From Basidiobolus meristosporus CBS 931.73 (taxonomy: Eukaryota > Fungi > Basidiobolomycota), in assembly GCA_002104905.1 (NCBI GenBank), contig MCFE01000121.1, positions 97,867-161,866 on the forward strand: 64,000 nt of DNA, read 5' to 3'. The notes below the pieces were generated by a model, which was not told the DNA's origin, did no database searches, and saw only the letters and a list, made by a program, of their open reading frames with translations. The position numbers and the translations under genes were made by a program. Within the stretch, counting starts at the first letter, position 1; every line of letters begins with the position of its first letter. Positions 62,201 to 64,000 of this stretch are shown here, one piece after another.

Positions 62201-64000
62201 AGTCTTGCATGGCAGTGAGAGGGAGGCAGACACCAGAATCAGATGCTTCACAAAGAGCCAGGCATAGTTGAGATCATCTGGCAGAGAAAGTAGCAAACTG
62301 GCAAGCTTCAAGTAGTTCCCAAAGTCTTTCTTCTGATTCTTGGTAGCTTTGTGGGTGAGCACAGTAAGTTTTGGCAGCTTCTTCTTCACAACTGGTTGCA
62401 TAGAAAGGGACCAGGCTGGGTGGTCAGAGGCTCTCAAGGATCCTAGCTCAGCTCCAGAGAATTGCTTAACTTCATTCACAAAGTAGAGGGCAGCAGCAGA
62501 AGGGCAGATCCAGTCAACACATCTTTTCTCAGATTGAGCACCTAGTGCTAGCAGGTGGCTTTCTCTCAGGAAGTTCAGTAGGAATGTAGACCTTGGCTTC
62601 ATTCTTGCAGTCAGAGTAGTCTTGTTCTCAGGATGGGGAATGTTGAGATCTCCAAGCAAGATAACAGGTGTTGATATAGATTGTTGGTATTGCTGAACCT
62701 TCTGGCATATAACTTGCACTTCCTGAAGGGCAAGACTTGGAGGCAGATAGCAGAGCACCAGACTGATAGTTGGCAACTGGAGAGCAGCACAGTAAGGGGA
62801 GTAAAGAGGAACACAGAGCTGAGGAGTATTGATGGTAGAAGAGATGAAGCAGATAGAGGAGGTATTCTTTGTTCTAGGAGTAGAAAAGCAATATAGATTA
62901 GTCAAAAGTATAGAGGGTAGCTGGACATCAATCAAACACAGGAGGGAAAATCTTGAAAGAAGTCTCTCTAGAGTTGGTCTTGATGGCTGTATGCTGTTGC
63001 AGTTAAGCAACAGAACTTCAGGTAGTCAGGCAGAGGTTGTAGCTTCTTCAGAGGCAGCATTGACAATGTGACCTGCAGAGTCCCAGAGCTCTTCAAATGG
63101 TGCATCACTTAAGTCAGCAAGGAGGGAAATGGCATGATTCTTGAGGAAGTATGCCACATCATAGGAGGGGGCTTGTCTCTTGATGGCAGCAAAGAAAGAC
63201 AGAATGGCAACATGGGCTGGAGGCTTGTTGAACAGTAGAGAGTCAGAGGATTCAGATTCTTCAGGCACTATCTTGAAGTCAGTTTTCAGCCAGTTAAGGT
63301 TCTTCTCCACAAAGGCAACAAATGGGTCAGCAATGTTTTGGTCTAGGATAACCTCCAGAATCTTCCCTTTTCTCCAGGCCAGGTTGACAATTCTTGAGAG
63401 CTGAATATTGCATGCCTTGAGTGCTTTCCTGATGTTGGAAATGGGAGTCCAGGGAACTTGCTTCAAGTACACCACAGTCCAGGTAGAAGCTGGTGGTAGG
63501 TTTGCTGGGGGCTTGTAAGTCCTTCTGTGTTGCAATGGAGCTGCAGTAGTCAGATTGGAGTCCACATTCTCAGTAGAAGGTTTTCTTGATGTGTCTTGCT
63601 GAATAGTACTGGAGCTGGATGTGCTGATAATTCTTGCTAGAACCTTGCCTGCATAAGTCTGAGGTATAGCTGAGGTGACTGTAGAGGTGGTGGCAGCTGG
63701 TGCAGGTGGAGAGGCAGAGACTGAAGCAGGAACTGAGGTCACCTGGGAGAAGGCAGTGGAAGCAGGTTTTCTGGGAGGAACAGAGTTCACTATCCAGTTG
63801 TTCTGTAAAACACTGGAGTAGCTTTTCTGTGGAACAGGATCTTGCTCTTGAACAGGAACAGAAGCAGGAGGCTGGGGCTGAGCAGTAGTGGTAAGGCAGT
63901 GGCACTCCAAGGAAGCTTTTTGCAAGGCATCTCTGGCAGTTTTCAGGGCAGTATTGGCTTCATTCTTGAGCTTCTTGCATTGGGCATCCAGTCTCTTGTT
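59263..64000 (-). mobile_element. Non-LTR retrotransposon (LINE): ORF1 (>324 codons, runs off the window, stop 63026-63028), ORF2 APE-like endonuclease + RT ending 60257, long putative 3' region
   Basis: LLNCNS, LCYLPPS, LLGDLN, VDWI, SDHP endonuclease motifs; PGVDTI, YRPISLL, QFGF, FDITKAFDSV, GVVQGSVLGPILF, FADD, YLGF RT motifs. The left boundary is approximate. Confidence 0.9.
59930..60200 (+). repeat. Three imperfect ~90-bp tandem repeats just downstream of LINE ORF2
   Basis: Recurring agcaaa....agtcaga.tttatag...gacaaggtagatggatg; ends in ttagggttaggggggg. Confidence 0.7.

Overview
Eukaryotic (fungal) genomic window, most likely from an early-diverging, zygomycete-grade fungus. This is inferred from short GT-AG introns with CTRAY branch sites and fungal-type proteins; the organism cannot be fixed from sequence alone. 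Layout: (i) 1-9.8 kb nested LTR-retrotransposon block, with an old Ty1/copia pol interrupted by an integrase-less Ty3/gypsy element (TSD TAAGG), then a decayed near-full copia whose 3' LTR carries a same-family solo LTR (TSD TATTC); (ii) 10.7-32.4 kb CpG-rich gene island: Rab11, Ser/Gly-rich secreted protein, Sec12, AP-1 gamma, Ras, a hypothetical gene, BMT5-like, an acidic secreted protein, an atypical kinase, PP1 inhibitor-2, a TTP-like CCCH protein, a GPI protein, a small conserved protein and a secreted protein resembling an actinobacterial domain; (iii) 32.6-53 kb accessory region: LTR debris, ABCB/MDR transporter, two head-to-head uricase pseudogenes, DUF3472-like plus chitin-binding secreted protein, a second copia 5' end; (iv) 53.4-64 kb: a young chromodomain Ty3/gypsy element and a nearly CpG-free LINE whose ORF1 and ORF2 are in frame, separated only by TGA-CTA. 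Strongest leads: possible stop-readthrough LINE, tRNA-independent priming signals in both Ty3 elements, a 2-nt microexon in Ras, two intronless secreted genes with bacterial-type domains, a two-member acidic secreted protein family, and extreme TE-restricted CpG loss. All homology calls are from motif recognition by eye; no searches were run.
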